Virus record (IMG/VR): IMGVR_UViG_3300033153_007973
Coordinates: 170,009-234,008 of that record
DNA: 64,000 nt
Strand: one strand, 5' to 3'
The notes beneath the pieces are model-generated. The model saw nothing but the letters and a program-made list of their open reading frames with translations, made no database searches and had not been told where the DNA came from. The position numbers and the translations under genes are program-made. Positions 1-10,159 of this stretch are shown piece after piece; the stretch's first letter is position 1, and each line of letters begins with the position of its first letter.

Positions 1-2
1 TT

Positions 3-398
3 GGGGATCAGGTGGTTGTCTTAAATCAATCGGACCTATCAGCCAATACGACATTCGGGTCGAGTAACTTAGATGGTCCACGAGGTCTTCATATTGCCAA
101 CGGGATTATATATGTTCTTGATAATGCTAACGCCCGTATAGCGTTTTTTGATTTGTCTGATTATTCCCTATTGCTGTCTTATGGTTCAAGTGGTTCAGGA
201 GTTGGGCAGTTTTCATCGTTGAGAGAAATTACCTCTATCCACAATCGAGTTTATGTATCAGACACACTCAACGCACGAACAGCCCTACTAAATTATAACG
301 GCAATAAATTGATAGATTTGGCAGGTAGTATTGATTTATTATATGTAGATTCACCAACTGCGGTGGGAACAGAACTAAAATTCAGGAGGAATGCGTAA
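3..398 (+). CDS. NHL-repeat beta-propeller protein, C-terminal part (probably a virion/tail protein; 5' end outside window)
   Basis: Frame is open from base 3. Repeats 'LDGPRGLHIANGIIYVLDNANARI' and 'GSSGSGVGQFSSLREIT...VYVSDTLNAR' are NHL-type. Confidence 0.7.
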   Translation, partial: GDQVVVLNQSDLSANTTFGSSNLDGPRGLHIANGIIYVLDNANARIAFFDLSDYSLLLSYGSSGSGVGQFSSLREITSIHNRVYVSDTLNARTALLNYNGNKLIDLAGSIDLLYVDSPTAVGTELKFRRNA

Positions 399-958
399 TG
401 GCCGATTATATTATATACGATCCAGATGATGCACTGGTCGCAGATCGCGTAACCGAATATAGGATGAGTGCGAATACCCCTACAGATACTGTCAACTGGC
501 TGAAGAACCCCAACTTGAGCGACGTATCTGGGGTATCTCAGAAGTACTGGAAAGAGGATTCGGGCTTGGTGGCAGAGATGTCCCAGGGTGAGAAAGATAT
601 CATGGACCATGGGGATCTCACCGCCCACAAACAGACAAGGTATGCTGAAATCGACGATAAGACTGTTTCTTTGATATCCGAAGGATTTACTTTTGACGGG
701 AATGTGTTCAGCCTATCGGTGCAGGCGCAGACAAATATCAACACGATCAAGAATAATTCTAGTGTATTTACATGGCCGCTTGCTGTCACAACGAATGACA
801 ATAATGTATATATGCTATCTGAGGCAAATCTTCCGGGATACTGGGGGGCGGCGATGGTGGCGACAAAGACAAATCTTGATACTGGACGATCGCTGAAGAA
901 GCTAATCTTTGATGCTACAGACAGAGCAGGCATAGATGCTGTGGTAGACACAAGATAG
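398..958 (+). CDS. DUF4376-like tail-fibre assembly/chaperone protein
   Basis: C-terminal 'KQTRYAEID...GFTFDGNVFSLS..AQTNI' ending 'GIDAVVDTR' resembles phage DUF4376. Start overlaps the upstream stop (TAATG). Confidence 0.55.
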   Translation: MADYIIYDPDDALVADRVTEYRMSANTPTDTVNWLKNPNLSDVSGVSQKYWKEDSGLVAEMSQGEKDIMDHGDLTAHKQTRYAEIDDKTVSLISEGFTFDGNVFSLSVQAQTNINTIKNNSSVFTWPLAVTTNDNNVYMLSEANLPGYWGAAMVATKTNLDTGRSLKKLIFDATDRAGIDAVVDTR

Positions 959-977
959 CGAATTATTCTTAAATGAC

Positions 978-1006
978 TTGACAAGATCTATACAAGACTA
1001 TACGCT
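978..1006 (+). promoter_or_regulatory. sigma70-like promoter for the glycan cluster
   Basis: TTGACA(978-983), 17 nt, TACGCT(1001-1006) in the only gap before 1037; SD GGAGAG follows. Confidence 0.5.
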
Positions 1007-1036
1007 GCCATAAAATAGAGAATAGGAGAGCTTTAG

Positions 1037-2170
1037 ATGAAAGTCGAATACCTCAGTGAAGCATTCAAGAACAGTGGGTATGGCGATGCCAGTCGCCGCA
1101 ATATCATCCTGCTAAAGAGAGCAGGTTTTGATGTCTCAGTCACACAAATAGATAGTGATGATACCAAGCTATCTGATGACTGGAAGTATCAGGAATGCAA
1201 GCGCCTCAAGAACAAGTTCAATGATCCTGACATAAGAATTTCTCATATCTTAGCCTGTGCTATGGACAAAGTCCATCGCGACGGCGTCAAGAATATCTGC
1301 TACACTACCTGGGAGACTGATCTTCTCCCAACAGACTGGGTCGCAAAGCTCAACAAGTATGCTGATGAGTGTTGGGTAACTGCGACTCGGATTAAGAAGG
1401 TCTTCGAAGAATCCGGAGTCAAGATCCCAGTCAAGGTCTTGCCACCTACCCTCTTCCCTGAAGACATCAAATCTGCAGATGAGCCCATCAATCAGACAAA
1501 CCTCGATCCAATCATCAACAACCTCAGACCCAAGAACTTTTGCTTTTATTCAATCTTCCAGTGGATCCCACGAAAGAACCCCGATGCACTGCTCGAGGCA
1601 TATGTCAGCGAGTTCGATGCCTCAGAACCAGTTACTCTACTTTTGAAGAGCTACAGAGTAGACCACTCTCCGGCAGAAACAAAGGCAATGATACAGACTA
1701 TTAATAACCTAACGATAGAAATGGGATGCGGCCGAGAGCTCCTACCAGATATACTTCTGATACATGAACAACTCAGCAATGAATCCATGAAAGCAATACA
1801 TAAGCTAGGAGACTGCTTTGTTCTCCCCCACCGCGGTGAGGGCACAGGCCTCCCCATTGTAGATGCTATCATGTTCAACAATCCAGTGATCACTACAGCA
1901 TATGGTGGTCCCGAAGACTTCCTTACTGAATACAATCAGAAGAAGCTCCCATATCGGATGAGACCTGTCAGAAATGCTTTCTGGGCATATAATTACTTTA
2001 ACTGCTACATGAACTGGGCAGATGTAGATGTCATGGACCTCAGAAACTGGATGCGTGATGCATATGAACGTAGAGATAGTCCTGCTATTATTGCAGAACA
2101 GAGGAAGAAGCTACTTGATAGCTATGGACAAGATACGACACTTAAAATGGTAAAGGAGATGTTAACATGA
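1037..2170 (+). CDS. GT4-family (GT-B) glycosyltransferase
   Basis: 'SGYGDASR' N-terminus; 'FYSIFQWIPRKNPDALLEAY'; 'VLPHRGEGTGLPIVDAI' (ExxG-type motif). Confidence 0.85.
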   Translation: MKVEYLSEAFKNSGYGDASRRNIILLKRAGFDVSVTQIDSDDTKLSDDWKYQECKRLKNKFNDPDIRISHILACAMDKVHRDGVKNICYTTWETDLLPTDWVAKLNKYADECWVTATRIKKVFEESGVKIPVKVLPPTLFPEDIKSADEPINQTNLDPIINNLRPKNFCFYSIFQWIPRKNPDALLEAYVSEFDASEPVTLLLKSYRVDHSPAETKAMIQTINNLTIEMGCGRELLPDILLIHEQLSNESMKAIHKLGDCFVLPHRGEGTGLPIVDAIMFNNPVITTAYGGPEDFLTEYNQKKLPYRMRPVRNAFWAYNYFNCYMNWADVDVMDLRNWMRDAYERRDSPAIIAEQRKKLLDSYGQDTTLKMVKEMLT

Positions 2171-2820
2171 GAGTGGTTCTACCATTTAAGAATCGGCCAA
2201 ACTACTTAAGATTGACTTTATCAACTATTAAGGAAGCTATGCGTAGCCGGACTGATATTAAGCTTCACCTCTTTGATGACATGTCTACGACAGCATATCC
2301 TTTAATTATAGAAGAGATGGACCTCATGATTACCAAAAACAGCACATTAGCAGGACCATATCAAGCCACTTCTAGAGCAATCAATGAAGAGTTTCTTATA
2401 TGTGAGGATGAATATCTATTCGCACTAGATGCAGACTGCATTGTCCATCCTAATATCTTTAATATTGTAGAAAATATGGTCAAAGATCTCCCAAAAATGG
2501 GATTTGGTACCCTGTTTAATACTGACACACATAAAGTTAAAGCTGGAAATAGGGACGCAAAAGGATATGTCAGAAAGGTATCTATAGGTGGGTTAGGTTG
2601 CATTATTAAAAGAGATGCTTGGGAGTGGTATCGAAAGCAGACAACACAGAAAGGCCCAAAACATAAAGGATGGGACTGGGACTTCTGTTACTGGCTCGCA
2701 ACAACAGATCAGTGGCATATCTGTAGTACAATCAATTCATATGTAGATCACATGGGCCAAACCGGTAGCCACAGTGGGCCTTCATGTGAAATCGATCGGG
2801 CAATTAGGTTCTTGGAGTAG
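2167..2820 (+). CDS. GT2-family (GT-A) glycosyltransferase
   Basis: 'VVLPFKNRPNYL', 'LFDDMS', DxD motif 'ALDADC', C-terminal 'YVDHMG'. Confidence 0.8.
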   Translation: MRVVLPFKNRPNYLRLTLSTIKEAMRSRTDIKLHLFDDMSTTAYPLIIEEMDLMITKNSTLAGPYQATSRAINEEFLICEDEYLFALDADCIVHPNIFNIVENMVKDLPKMGFGTLFNTDTHKVKAGNRDAKGYVRKVSIGGLGCIIKRDAWEWYRKQTTQKGPKHKGWDWDFCYWLATTDQWHICSTINSYVDHMGQTGSHSGPSCEIDRAIRFLE

Positions 2821-2823
2821 CTA

Positions 2824-3513
2824 ATGACTAAAGATGTAACAGTAACAATGACAACATGTAAGCGATTACATCTTTTCAAGAAGACTATCGCATCATTACT
2901 CGAGATGTGCGAAGACCAAGATAGAATAGCTGAATGGATAGTCTCAGATGATCATTCCCCCAAAGAACAAGTTGCAGCAATGAAGAAGCTGTATCCATTC
3001 ATGAATGTCCTTAGTTCTTCAGAGAAAGGACATGCAGCTAATCTGAACAATGTGTTTAAACATGTCAAGACACCATATGTGCTTCACTTAGAGGATGATT
3101 GGCGGTTCATCAAGAAAGGTAAGTTCATAAGCAAAGGAATCCATATCATTAAGAATACCACCAGGATAAAGATAGTCGTATTGAAACCTGGCATGGGTGA
3201 CATACCAAAGATAATCAAGGGCGAATCATGTCTCATACATCTATGGGATAAGGATGAGAATAAGGGAAAGTTTGATTACAAGAAGGCAAAATGTAAACAG
3301 TTCGGACACTACACATTAAACCCAAGTATACAATCTATGGATGCAGTTAGGAAAACTGGTCGATTCAAGAAGCCACCAAACACCGAGGGACAATTCACAG
3401 GAACATTTTCAAATCATGGATTTAAACTAGCAACACTACCACACCAATATGTAGAACATATCGGCACTGGAGCAAAGAATAGTGCTTACATTCTAAATAA
3501 GACACGGAGATAA
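2824..3513 (+). CDS. GT2-family glycosyltransferase
   Basis: 'MTTCKRLHLF', 'VSDDHS', 'LHLEDDW', 'YVEHIG'. Confidence 0.8.
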   Translation: MTKDVTVTMTTCKRLHLFKKTIASLLEMCEDQDRIAEWIVSDDHSPKEQVAAMKKLYPFMNVLSSSEKGHAANLNNVFKHVKTPYVLHLEDDWRFIKKGKFISKGIHIIKNTTRIKIVVLKPGMGDIPKIIKGESCLIHLWDKDENKGKFDYKKAKCKQFGHYTLNPSIQSMDAVRKTGRFKKPPNTEGQFTGTFSNHGFKLATLPHQYVEHIGTGAKNSAYILNKTRR

Positions 3514-3515
3514 TC

Positions 3516-4277
3516 ATGGATCAAATACCAATGCGTTGGTGCGCGGGTCTTGCAAATTGGGGAGACATACTCTCACCATATCTAACTTCACTAATCTCTG
3601 GTAAGAAAGCAGTTTTATGTACAGACATAAGTAAGCCAAAGTACTCAGTAATTGGAAGCCAGATGAATCTTGTGGATCGTAATACCATAGTATGGGGAAG
3701 TGGATTTATGCTCCCAGCTGACAACTTCCAAAAGGGCCCACCTAAGCAAGTTCTAGCAGTCAGGGGACCCATGACCAGGCAGAGACTGCTTCAGCTCAAG
3801 GTTCCTTGTCCAGAAGTATATGGTGATCCCGCCCTTCTGTATCCAAGATACTATCATCCGAAGGTCGAAAAGAAATATGTTTGGGGCATCATTCCACACT
3901 ACGTAGATGTAAAACATCCATGGCTTAAACGATTTGTAGGTAATCCAAAAGTCAAGGTTATTGATATCACACAATCAATAAATGGATTTGTAGATGATGT
4001 GTTGTCATGTGAACGAATCGTCTCAAGTGCACTACATGGAATAATAGCTGGCGACGCGTACGGTCTTCCATCATACTGGATCGAGCTTTCTAATAAAGTC
4101 TTTGGTCAGGGATTCAAATTCAGAGACTACTTTGCTTCAGTGAGTCGCCCATCAGTCAGACTTACCCCGGATATGGGCAGACTCAAAGACATGTCTGTTC
4201 ATATGAAAGAGTATAAAGTGAACATAGATCTCAATAAACTTATGGATGCGTGTCCATTCAAGTCAAAGGACATATAA
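3516..4277 (+). CDS. polysaccharide pyruvyl transferase family protein
   Basis: 'NWGDILSP', 'VWGSG', 'AVRGPMT', 'GDPALL', 'SSALHGIIAGDAYGLP'. Confidence 0.85.
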   Translation: MDQIPMRWCAGLANWGDILSPYLTSLISGKKAVLCTDISKPKYSVIGSQMNLVDRNTIVWGSGFMLPADNFQKGPPKQVLAVRGPMTRQRLLQLKVPCPEVYGDPALLYPRYYHPKVEKKYVWGIIPHYVDVKHPWLKRFVGNPKVKVIDITQSINGFVDDVLSCERIVSSALHGIIAGDAYGLPSYWIELSNKVFGQGFKFRDYFASVSRPSVRLTPDMGRLKDMSVHMKEYKVNIDLNKLMDACPFKSKDI

Positions 4278-4278
4278 C

Positions 4279-5565
4279 ATGCATGACATGATACTTATAT
4301 ATTTACCCCATCCATATCTCAATGAGCCCAACGCACAGGCACCCATGGGATTGCTAGCAGTAGGTGCTGTTCTTAAAGAGAACGATTATAATACTGTCGT
4401 GAAGAACTACTCCGCGTACTCTATAGATAATGCTATAAAGGATCTTCCAGAGTCTAGGGTCTATGGTATCACCGTGACAAGCCTCGAGCTACTTGCAGCT
4501 AACAGGTTTGCCAAGAGGATCAAGCAGAAGTATCCTACATGTAACGTGATCCTGGGTGGCCCAGGCACATATGCGGATGAGTTCGTTGATACTAATTATA
4601 TAGACAGTATCTTAAAAGGTGAGGGTGACATAACATGCCTGGAAATGATGCGAGATATGGAGATCAACATCCTTAAACCAGTATACCATGGGAAACTTGT
4701 GACAGATCTAGATACTCTGCCATTTCCTGCTAGAGAGATGCTTGATGGGAATATGGGTGGAAATATCTTCGCATTCAAGAAACAGTACACTAACGATGGT
4801 AAATCCACAATCCTGCTATCTTCCAGAGGCTGTCCCTTCAAGTGTGCATTCTGTTCTGCGCCTTCTTTCACTCACAACAGTAGGGTTCGACTCAGAAGTC
4901 CAAAGTCAATAGCGGATGAAGTCAAACAAGTCATAGATGAGTATGGTATACGACAGTTTAGGTTTTCTGATGACATGTTTACTGCTAATGCAAGACATGC
5001 TATAGAGGTTAGTAAGGAGCTCCAGAAGCTGGACATCTACTGGCGGGTATCGTGCCGAACCAAGCCACTATCAGAGGACATGCTTAAGGCCATGTATGAT
5101 GGCGGGTGTAAAGAGCTCTCATTTGGTGTAGAAAGTTTCGACGATGATGTCCTAAAGCTATTGGATAAGCGGGCAACATGTGCTGACAATGTCAGAGCGC
5201 TCGAACTCTCTCACAAGCTCAGGTTCACCACTCGAATCTTAATGATGATCAGGACACCTGGGCAAACACCCAAGACAATAGAGGATAACAAACACTGGCT
5301 AACTAGGGTCCCCTACTCTATCATAGCATGCACCACCTTCGTGCCCATCCCCGGCTCTGATATATGGGACAATCCTGACAAATACAATGTAGAGATCCTT
5401 AACAAGAATCTTGATGACTACAACTTCTACTTCTTTGGACCCGGTGGAGAGAATGAACTAAAGCCCATCCTTAAGATCAAGGATCGTACACTAGAAGAGT
5501 TCCATGCTGAAACAATCGAGTTTCGAGACTGGCTGAAAGAACATACGCAAGTAAATAGAGGATAA
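4279..5565 (+). CDS. B12-binding radical SAM enzyme (class B methyltransferase-like)
   Basis: N-terminal 'PMGLLAVGAVLK...ILGGPG' cobalamin domain; 'SRGCPFKCAFC' CxxxCxxC; 'FSDDMF', 'FGVES'. Start moved to ATG 4279, after the upstream stop. Confidence 0.9.
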   Translation: MHDMILIYLPHPYLNEPNAQAPMGLLAVGAVLKENDYNTVVKNYSAYSIDNAIKDLPESRVYGITVTSLELLAANRFAKRIKQKYPTCNVILGGPGTYADEFVDTNYIDSILKGEGDITCLEMMRDMEINILKPVYHGKLVTDLDTLPFPAREMLDGNMGGNIFAFKKQYTNDGKSTILLSSRGCPFKCAFCSAPSFTHNSRVRLRSPKSIADEVKQVIDEYGIRQFRFSDDMFTANARHAIEVSKELQKLDIYWRVSCRTKPLSEDMLKAMYDGGCKELSFGVESFDDDVLKLLDKRATCADNVRALELSHKLRFTTRILMMIRTPGQTPKTIEDNKHWLTRVPYSIIACTTFVPIPGSDIWDNPDKYNVEILNKNLDDYNFYFFGPGGENELKPILKIKDRTLEEFHAETIEFRDWLKEHTQVNRG

Positions 5566-5569
5566 GATA

Positions 5570-6262
5570 ATGAAAAGCGTACTTGAAGAGACACAGCTAG
5601 AAAGAGATGAGGAACTGGGACCACTGATAGATATCCCACTAAGGTATGTGCAGCAGCTAGGCATTTGCACGCCAGATTCTATAAGAATCTATGATGGTAG
5701 TGCTCCTATCCGTAATGAAGAGGACTATATAGATCTATATAAAGACTTCAAGAGTTTGGATTTTCATGCATACCTCAGGACTCTGATGTTTACAAGTGTT
5801 GTTCGTAGAGGACACTATTTTAAAGATACCAAACATAAAGATAAAACATGCTTAGATTATGGTAGTGGTGTGGGAACACACACCATAGTCCTTCTAGAAC
5901 GTGGTAACTATGTAGACATGATGGACATTAATGGACCTCTATTAAGATTTGCACATAGTCGTGTTCTAAAGCGTGGATATAAGACAAACATACTATATTC
6001 TGACGCGGTTCTACAGGATGATCACTATGATATTGTCGTGTGTCTAGATGTCTTAGAACATGTATATGATCCCTATTCTGAATTGGTACGATTGCACAAA
6101 GCTATGAAGAAGAATGCCATATTGATACTAGAAGTTAGTCTCAAGGTGAAAGAATCATCAGGACATTTCAAGAATAGCATTGATGTATGGGAGAGTAAAG
6201 GGTTAGCATTTCTACGTAAGCATTTCACTCGACAGAGCAATACCAGATGGGTGAAATCATGA
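5570..6262 (+). CDS. class I SAM-dependent methyltransferase
   Basis: 'CLDYGSGVG', 'YDIVVCLDVLEHV'. Confidence 0.85.
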   Translation: MKSVLEETQLERDEELGPLIDIPLRYVQQLGICTPDSIRIYDGSAPIRNEEDYIDLYKDFKSLDFHAYLRTLMFTSVVRRGHYFKDTKHKDKTCLDYGSGVGTHTIVLLERGNYVDMMDINGPLLRFAHSRVLKRGYKTNILYSDAVLQDDHYDIVVCLDVLEHVYDPYSELVRLHKAMKKNAILILEVSLKVKESSGHFKNSIDVWESKGLAFLRKHFTRQSNTRWVKS

Positions 6263-6759
6263 TAACAGCCAAACTCATCAAGGGTGCGCATTGTACTATC
6301 TCTCCAGAGTCACACATTGGATACAATGAACATGGTGGCGAGATTATTCTGGGCAATGGAACTAAGATCATGCATAACTGTATCATCCGTACGTGTACAG
6401 GAACCATCCGCATGGGAAAACTTGTCAGTGTAGGATATAATACTATTATGCACGGACAGGGCGGCATCACCATTGGAGATTATGTTCTGATCAGTCCTGG
6501 AGTTCAAATACATGCACAGAACCACGGTATAAAACGCAATACTCTGATAAGAAACCAGCCAAACACACATAAAGGTATCAATATAGCAAATGATGTATGG
6601 ATAGGAGCATCAGCTATTATTACTGATGGAGTAAGCATAGGACAAGGTGCAGTAATCGGCGCCGGCGCTATTGTCACAAAAGATGTTCCTCAATATGAAA
6701 TATGGGCCGGGAATCCCGCCAAGAAGATAGGAGAAAGACATGAAGATACTGTACTTTAG
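6259..6759 (+). CDS. hexapeptide-repeat (left-handed beta-helix) acyltransferase
   Basis: 'IANDVWIGASAIITDGVSIGQGAVIGAGAIVTKDV...GNPAK'. ATGA overlap at 6259. Confidence 0.9.
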   Translation: MITAKLIKGAHCTISPESHIGYNEHGGEIILGNGTKIMHNCIIRTCTGTIRMGKLVSVGYNTIMHGQGGITIGDYVLISPGVQIHAQNHGIKRNTLIRNQPNTHKGINIANDVWIGASAIITDGVSIGQGAVIGAGAIVTKDVPQYEIWAGNPAKKIGERHEDTVL

Positions 6760-7642
6760 CGACCGGTATACATACAACAACTACGGCACAAAGCGCTCGA
6801 TATTTGAAGAAGTTAAAAGCAGAGGAATAGATATAATCTGGATAGACACGTCACAAATGAACAAGATACTTCAGCTCATTAAGGAACACTCTCCAACAAT
6901 GATATGGCTAGCCAGTTCAGCGCTGTTGCTCAGTCCTGCAGTGAAAGCAAAGATAAAGATACCCATTGTTGGATTTGGTTTCTCGGATCCCTATTACTTC
7001 AAACCAGATCGGTTTAAGAGTTATGATCTATATGTCACCAACCATATAGGTACCTATGAGAAGTACAAGACTACCATTCCTATGCATTATAACCAGACAG
7101 CATGTGATTTCAGGTATCATAAGGTAATGGATACACCCAAGAATATAGATGTATCAGTCATCGGACTGGGTACCCATCCATGGTTTCACGACAAGCAAAC
7201 AAGGATCAAATTCGTTAACAAATTACGATCAGAGACATCCTATAGAATACTAGCATTTGGTGCCCAATGGAATTCTCATCCCGAGAACCATGGATTTATT
7301 ACTGGAGAGAAGTTTCTGCGCATTATCGGTAAGAGCCAGATAGGACTGGATGTGCAAGACGACTGGAGCCCACTGGCGCACCGCATGTTCGAGTATGCAG
7401 CATGTGGGGTACCTGTTATCACCAGAGCACGACCAGAAATTGCTATGGTGTTCAATGACAAGGAAATTATTACATATACCACATACAGCGACATCTTGTC
7501 CAAGTTAAACCACTATATGAAACATCCAGAGCAGCTAGCAGAGATTGGCAAGAGGGCACACGAACGATGTAAGAGACAACACAATATCAATTTCAGGGTG
7601 GACGGGATACTACAGTTTGTCAAGAAACACGAAGGAGACTAG
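6740..7642 (+). CDS. CgeB-like glycosyltransferase
   Basis: 'FSDPY', 'RMFEYAACG', 'EQLAEIGKRAHERC..QHNINFRV'. Confidence 0.8.
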   Translation: MKILYFSDRYTYNNYGTKRSIFEEVKSRGIDIIWIDTSQMNKILQLIKEHSPTMIWLASSALLLSPAVKAKIKIPIVGFGFSDPYYFKPDRFKSYDLYVTNHIGTYEKYKTTIPMHYNQTACDFRYHKVMDTPKNIDVSVIGLGTHPWFHDKQTRIKFVNKLRSETSYRILAFGAQWNSHPENHGFITGEKFLRIIGKSQIGLDVQDDWSPLAHRMFEYAACGVPVITRARPEIAMVFNDKEIITYTTYSDILSKLNHYMKHPEQLAEIGKRAHERCKRQHNINFRVDGILQFVKKHEGD

Positions 7643-8197
7643 GTGCATATCCCTGAAGTATCTAAAGTAATCCATAATGCTGTCGCTTCATATGTCAAGA
7701 AATATGATCCTTCTACTGTGTTGGATATTGGAGGATTCAGAAGACTGCAACAGTTTCTGACAGCCAAAGTAACTGATGCTAATATCAATAATGGAATCGA
7801 TGGCACGAACCTCCCATATAAAGATAACAGCTTCGATGTCACGACATCGATTGCTACGTTAGAACATGTGAACAACCAAGCGAAATTCATGTCGGAATCA
7901 ATCAGAACAGCAAGGATTGCTTCCGTACACTGGTTCCCATTTGGACCTGATGGTCAACGGATAGAAGATCTTCTTAAAGGATATAATCATAAACATGACT
8001 GTGTCGTTCCAAGTCTATCTATCTTCCTGGATCTCTTCAATCGATATGATTTCAGTGTCCATATGTATCCTAAATACAAAGACCACCTCAAGAATATGGC
8101 ACACATAAAACCACAGATTATGAATAGCGATACTATGAGGTTCATTGAGAGATTTAGTTCGAGATCATATGGAATCATACTGGAGATAATCAAATGA
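7643..8197 (+). CDS. class I SAM methyltransferase-like protein
   Basis: 'VLDIGG', 'LPYKDNSFDVTTSIATLEHV'; GTG start. Confidence 0.75.
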   Translation: MHIPEVSKVIHNAVASYVKKYDPSTVLDIGGFRRLQQFLTAKVTDANINNGIDGTNLPYKDNSFDVTTSIATLEHVNNQAKFMSESIRTARIASVHWFPFGPDGQRIEDLLKGYNHKHDCVVPSLSIFLDLFNRYDFSVHMYPKYKDHLKNMAHIKPQIMNSDTMRFIERFSSRSYGIILEIIK

Positions 8198-8922
8198 AGA
8201 TAAAGCTCTCCGGATATATGATCAGTTATAATGAGAAACCCATTATAAAGTTATCCATCATGAACTTACTACAGTTCGTTGATGAGTTAATCATTACCGA
8301 TGGAGAGAGTACCGACGGCACAGCAGAGCTTCTAGATAGAATGGCTAATAGATTTAGTAAGATCAAACTATATCCAATGCGACAGAGATATGGCAGAAAG
8401 AGAACTGTATCTGGTCGTGAAAGAACTGCCGATGGCTTTAATGAAATGGAACGTAGAACATATGCTATATCTAAGTGTTCGGGCACGCATATATTAATGA
8501 AAGATGTAGATGAATTGTATCACGAACACACGGATTTCCACAATCTGATAGAGAAGAATCCTGCATTTCTATCCTTTAGTCAGCTACAATATGAAGTAGT
8601 GCCAGGAAATAAGTTCTTGCCTCATATACGAATCAATGGCCATCATAGTGTACCAAGACTTATTAAAAACACTCCAGATATAGTCTTCAAAGATATACGT
8701 AACCTGAATGGAATTGATTGTTGTCTCTTTAGTAACAAGTATAACAAACGACTGGCAGATATCAAGGACATGGTTGGTGCATATAGTATGTGGCACTACA
8801 AAATGATGTTTGATAAGAAACAGCTATACAAGCACTACAAGAGCAAGGATCGGGCAACAAAGCCATTGTTAACATTTCCATCAGAACATAATAAATTCAT
8901 TGACATGGGCAGCTTAACGTGA
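8194..8922 (+). CDS. GT2-family glycosyltransferase
   Basis: 'MISYNE', 'DELIITDGESTDGT', 'KDVDE'. Confidence 0.8.
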   Translation: MKIKLSGYMISYNEKPIIKLSIMNLLQFVDELIITDGESTDGTAELLDRMANRFSKIKLYPMRQRYGRKRTVSGRERTADGFNEMERRTYAISKCSGTHILMKDVDELYHEHTDFHNLIEKNPAFLSFSQLQYEVVPGNKFLPHIRINGHHSVPRLIKNTPDIVFKDIRNLNGIDCCLFSNKYNKRLADIKDMVGAYSMWHYKMMFDKKQLYKHYKSKDRATKPLLTFPSEHNKFIDMGSLT

Positions 8923-9053
8923 TATTAGGGATAGTCATTGCATTCTGTGTTGGGCTGCTCGCTGGATGGGTACTGAGATTCTTTTGGATCAGGTGGCACT
9001 ACAACAACTGTCGATTTGCACCTATAAGAAGTCTATTTGGAACAGAAGATTAA
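8919..9053 (+). CDS. small single-TM protein (44 aa), missing from the ORF track
   Basis: GTG overlaps the upstream TGA; translates MILGIVIAFCVGLLAGWVLRFFWIRWHYNNCRFAPIRSLFGTED, with TAA at 9051-9053; fills the gap exactly. Confidence 0.55.
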   Translation: MILGIVIAFCVGLLAGWVLRFFWIRWHYNNCRFAPIRSLFGTED

Positions 9054-9064
9054 AGGAGAATAAT

Positions 9065-9856
9065 ATGAAGATTGTTGCATGCTGGATTTGTTACAACAAC
9101 ATTGTGACACTGCCCTACAGTATAGATGCTGTCTATGACCTAATAGATGAGCTAGTCATAGTAGATGGATCCTTTAAAGGAAAGAGGAGCACTGATGGTA
9201 CCTGGGAGTATCTACAGAAACTGAAGGCATCTTCCAAGAAGCCACTGCACATAGTGGCTTCTCAGATGGGGTCTCTCTTCAATAAGCACAATGAACATGT
9301 GGATGTAACTGGTAACCATGACTCCAACTTATGGACATGGCAGATAGACTCGGATGAGATATATTCTGAGGCTAATGCGAAGGCAGTCAGTGAAGCTATT
9401 CGATCTGATAAATACAATGGCATCATTGTAAAGCTAATGAACATCGAACGATTTATAGATGGAAAGTTCTTCATAGCAAACAATCTTGATAGGATAGACA
9501 CCAACCAAATGCGTGTATATCGCATGCATAAAGGTTTGAACTTCAAGACAAAAGACTCGATCTTTGAATGGATAGTATACGAGGATGGATCCGAGGTACA
9601 ACGTGGTAACAATAAGATACATGCAAATAGTAAGACTCTAAGAGTGGACCACTATCACTGCCTCGCTACCGTGGAACAGGCGATTGCACGATATAACCAC
9701 TATGGGAGCAATGATCCAGTTGGAACAGAAGCTAGGATCAGAAGCCCAGGAAACAGCACCGAAGAGATCAAAATGCATGCTCTTGCAACCAAATGGTTGC
9801 CCGATACCATGACAAATAAAGAATACTATAAGGCTCTCAAGCCTTTCAAAGGATAA
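9065..9856 (+). CDS. GT2-like glycosyltransferase
   Basis: SD AAGGAG before ATG 9065; 'DELVIVDGS...STDGT', 'QIDSDE'. Resembles 8194-8922. Confidence 0.75.
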   Translation: MKIVACWICYNNIVTLPYSIDAVYDLIDELVIVDGSFKGKRSTDGTWEYLQKLKASSKKPLHIVASQMGSLFNKHNEHVDVTGNHDSNLWTWQIDSDEIYSEANAKAVSEAIRSDKYNGIIVKLMNIERFIDGKFFIANNLDRIDTNQMRVYRMHKGLNFKTKDSIFEWIVYEDGSEVQRGNNKIHANSKTLRVDHYHCLATVEQAIARYNHYGSNDPVGTEARIRSPGNSTEEIKMHALATKWLPDTMTNKEYYKALKPFKG

Positions 9857-9859
9857 GCA

Positions 9860-10159
9860 ATGAAGAATACACTAGTGCCGTATTGGACTAACGTAGACAT
9901 GCAGGAACCTCACATAGCATTTGTGAGTAATTGGGAGCCATTTCCTACAGATGATATTGAGATCATCAACCAAAAACGTAAAGAAAATCCTGGGACGCCC
10001 ATTTTGATCCTTATTAGGGACACTCGGATCAGAAAGGAAAATGTGCTTAAGAGAGCCGAGCCGATCATACAATGGATGAAGGATAAGGACATCAAGGGAT
10101 CAGTTATGATCATACCAGATGTCTGTGAGGTCCATGACTTAGATGAGGAGAGTATATGA
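9860..10159 (+). CDS. hypothetical protein
   Basis: Tightly packed in the operon, with SD; no motif recognised. Confidence 0.5.
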   Translation: MKNTLVPYWTNVDMQEPHIAFVSNWEPFPTDDIEIINQKRKENPGTPILILIRDTRIRKENVLKRAEPIIQWMKDKDIKGSVMIIPDVCEVHDLDEESI

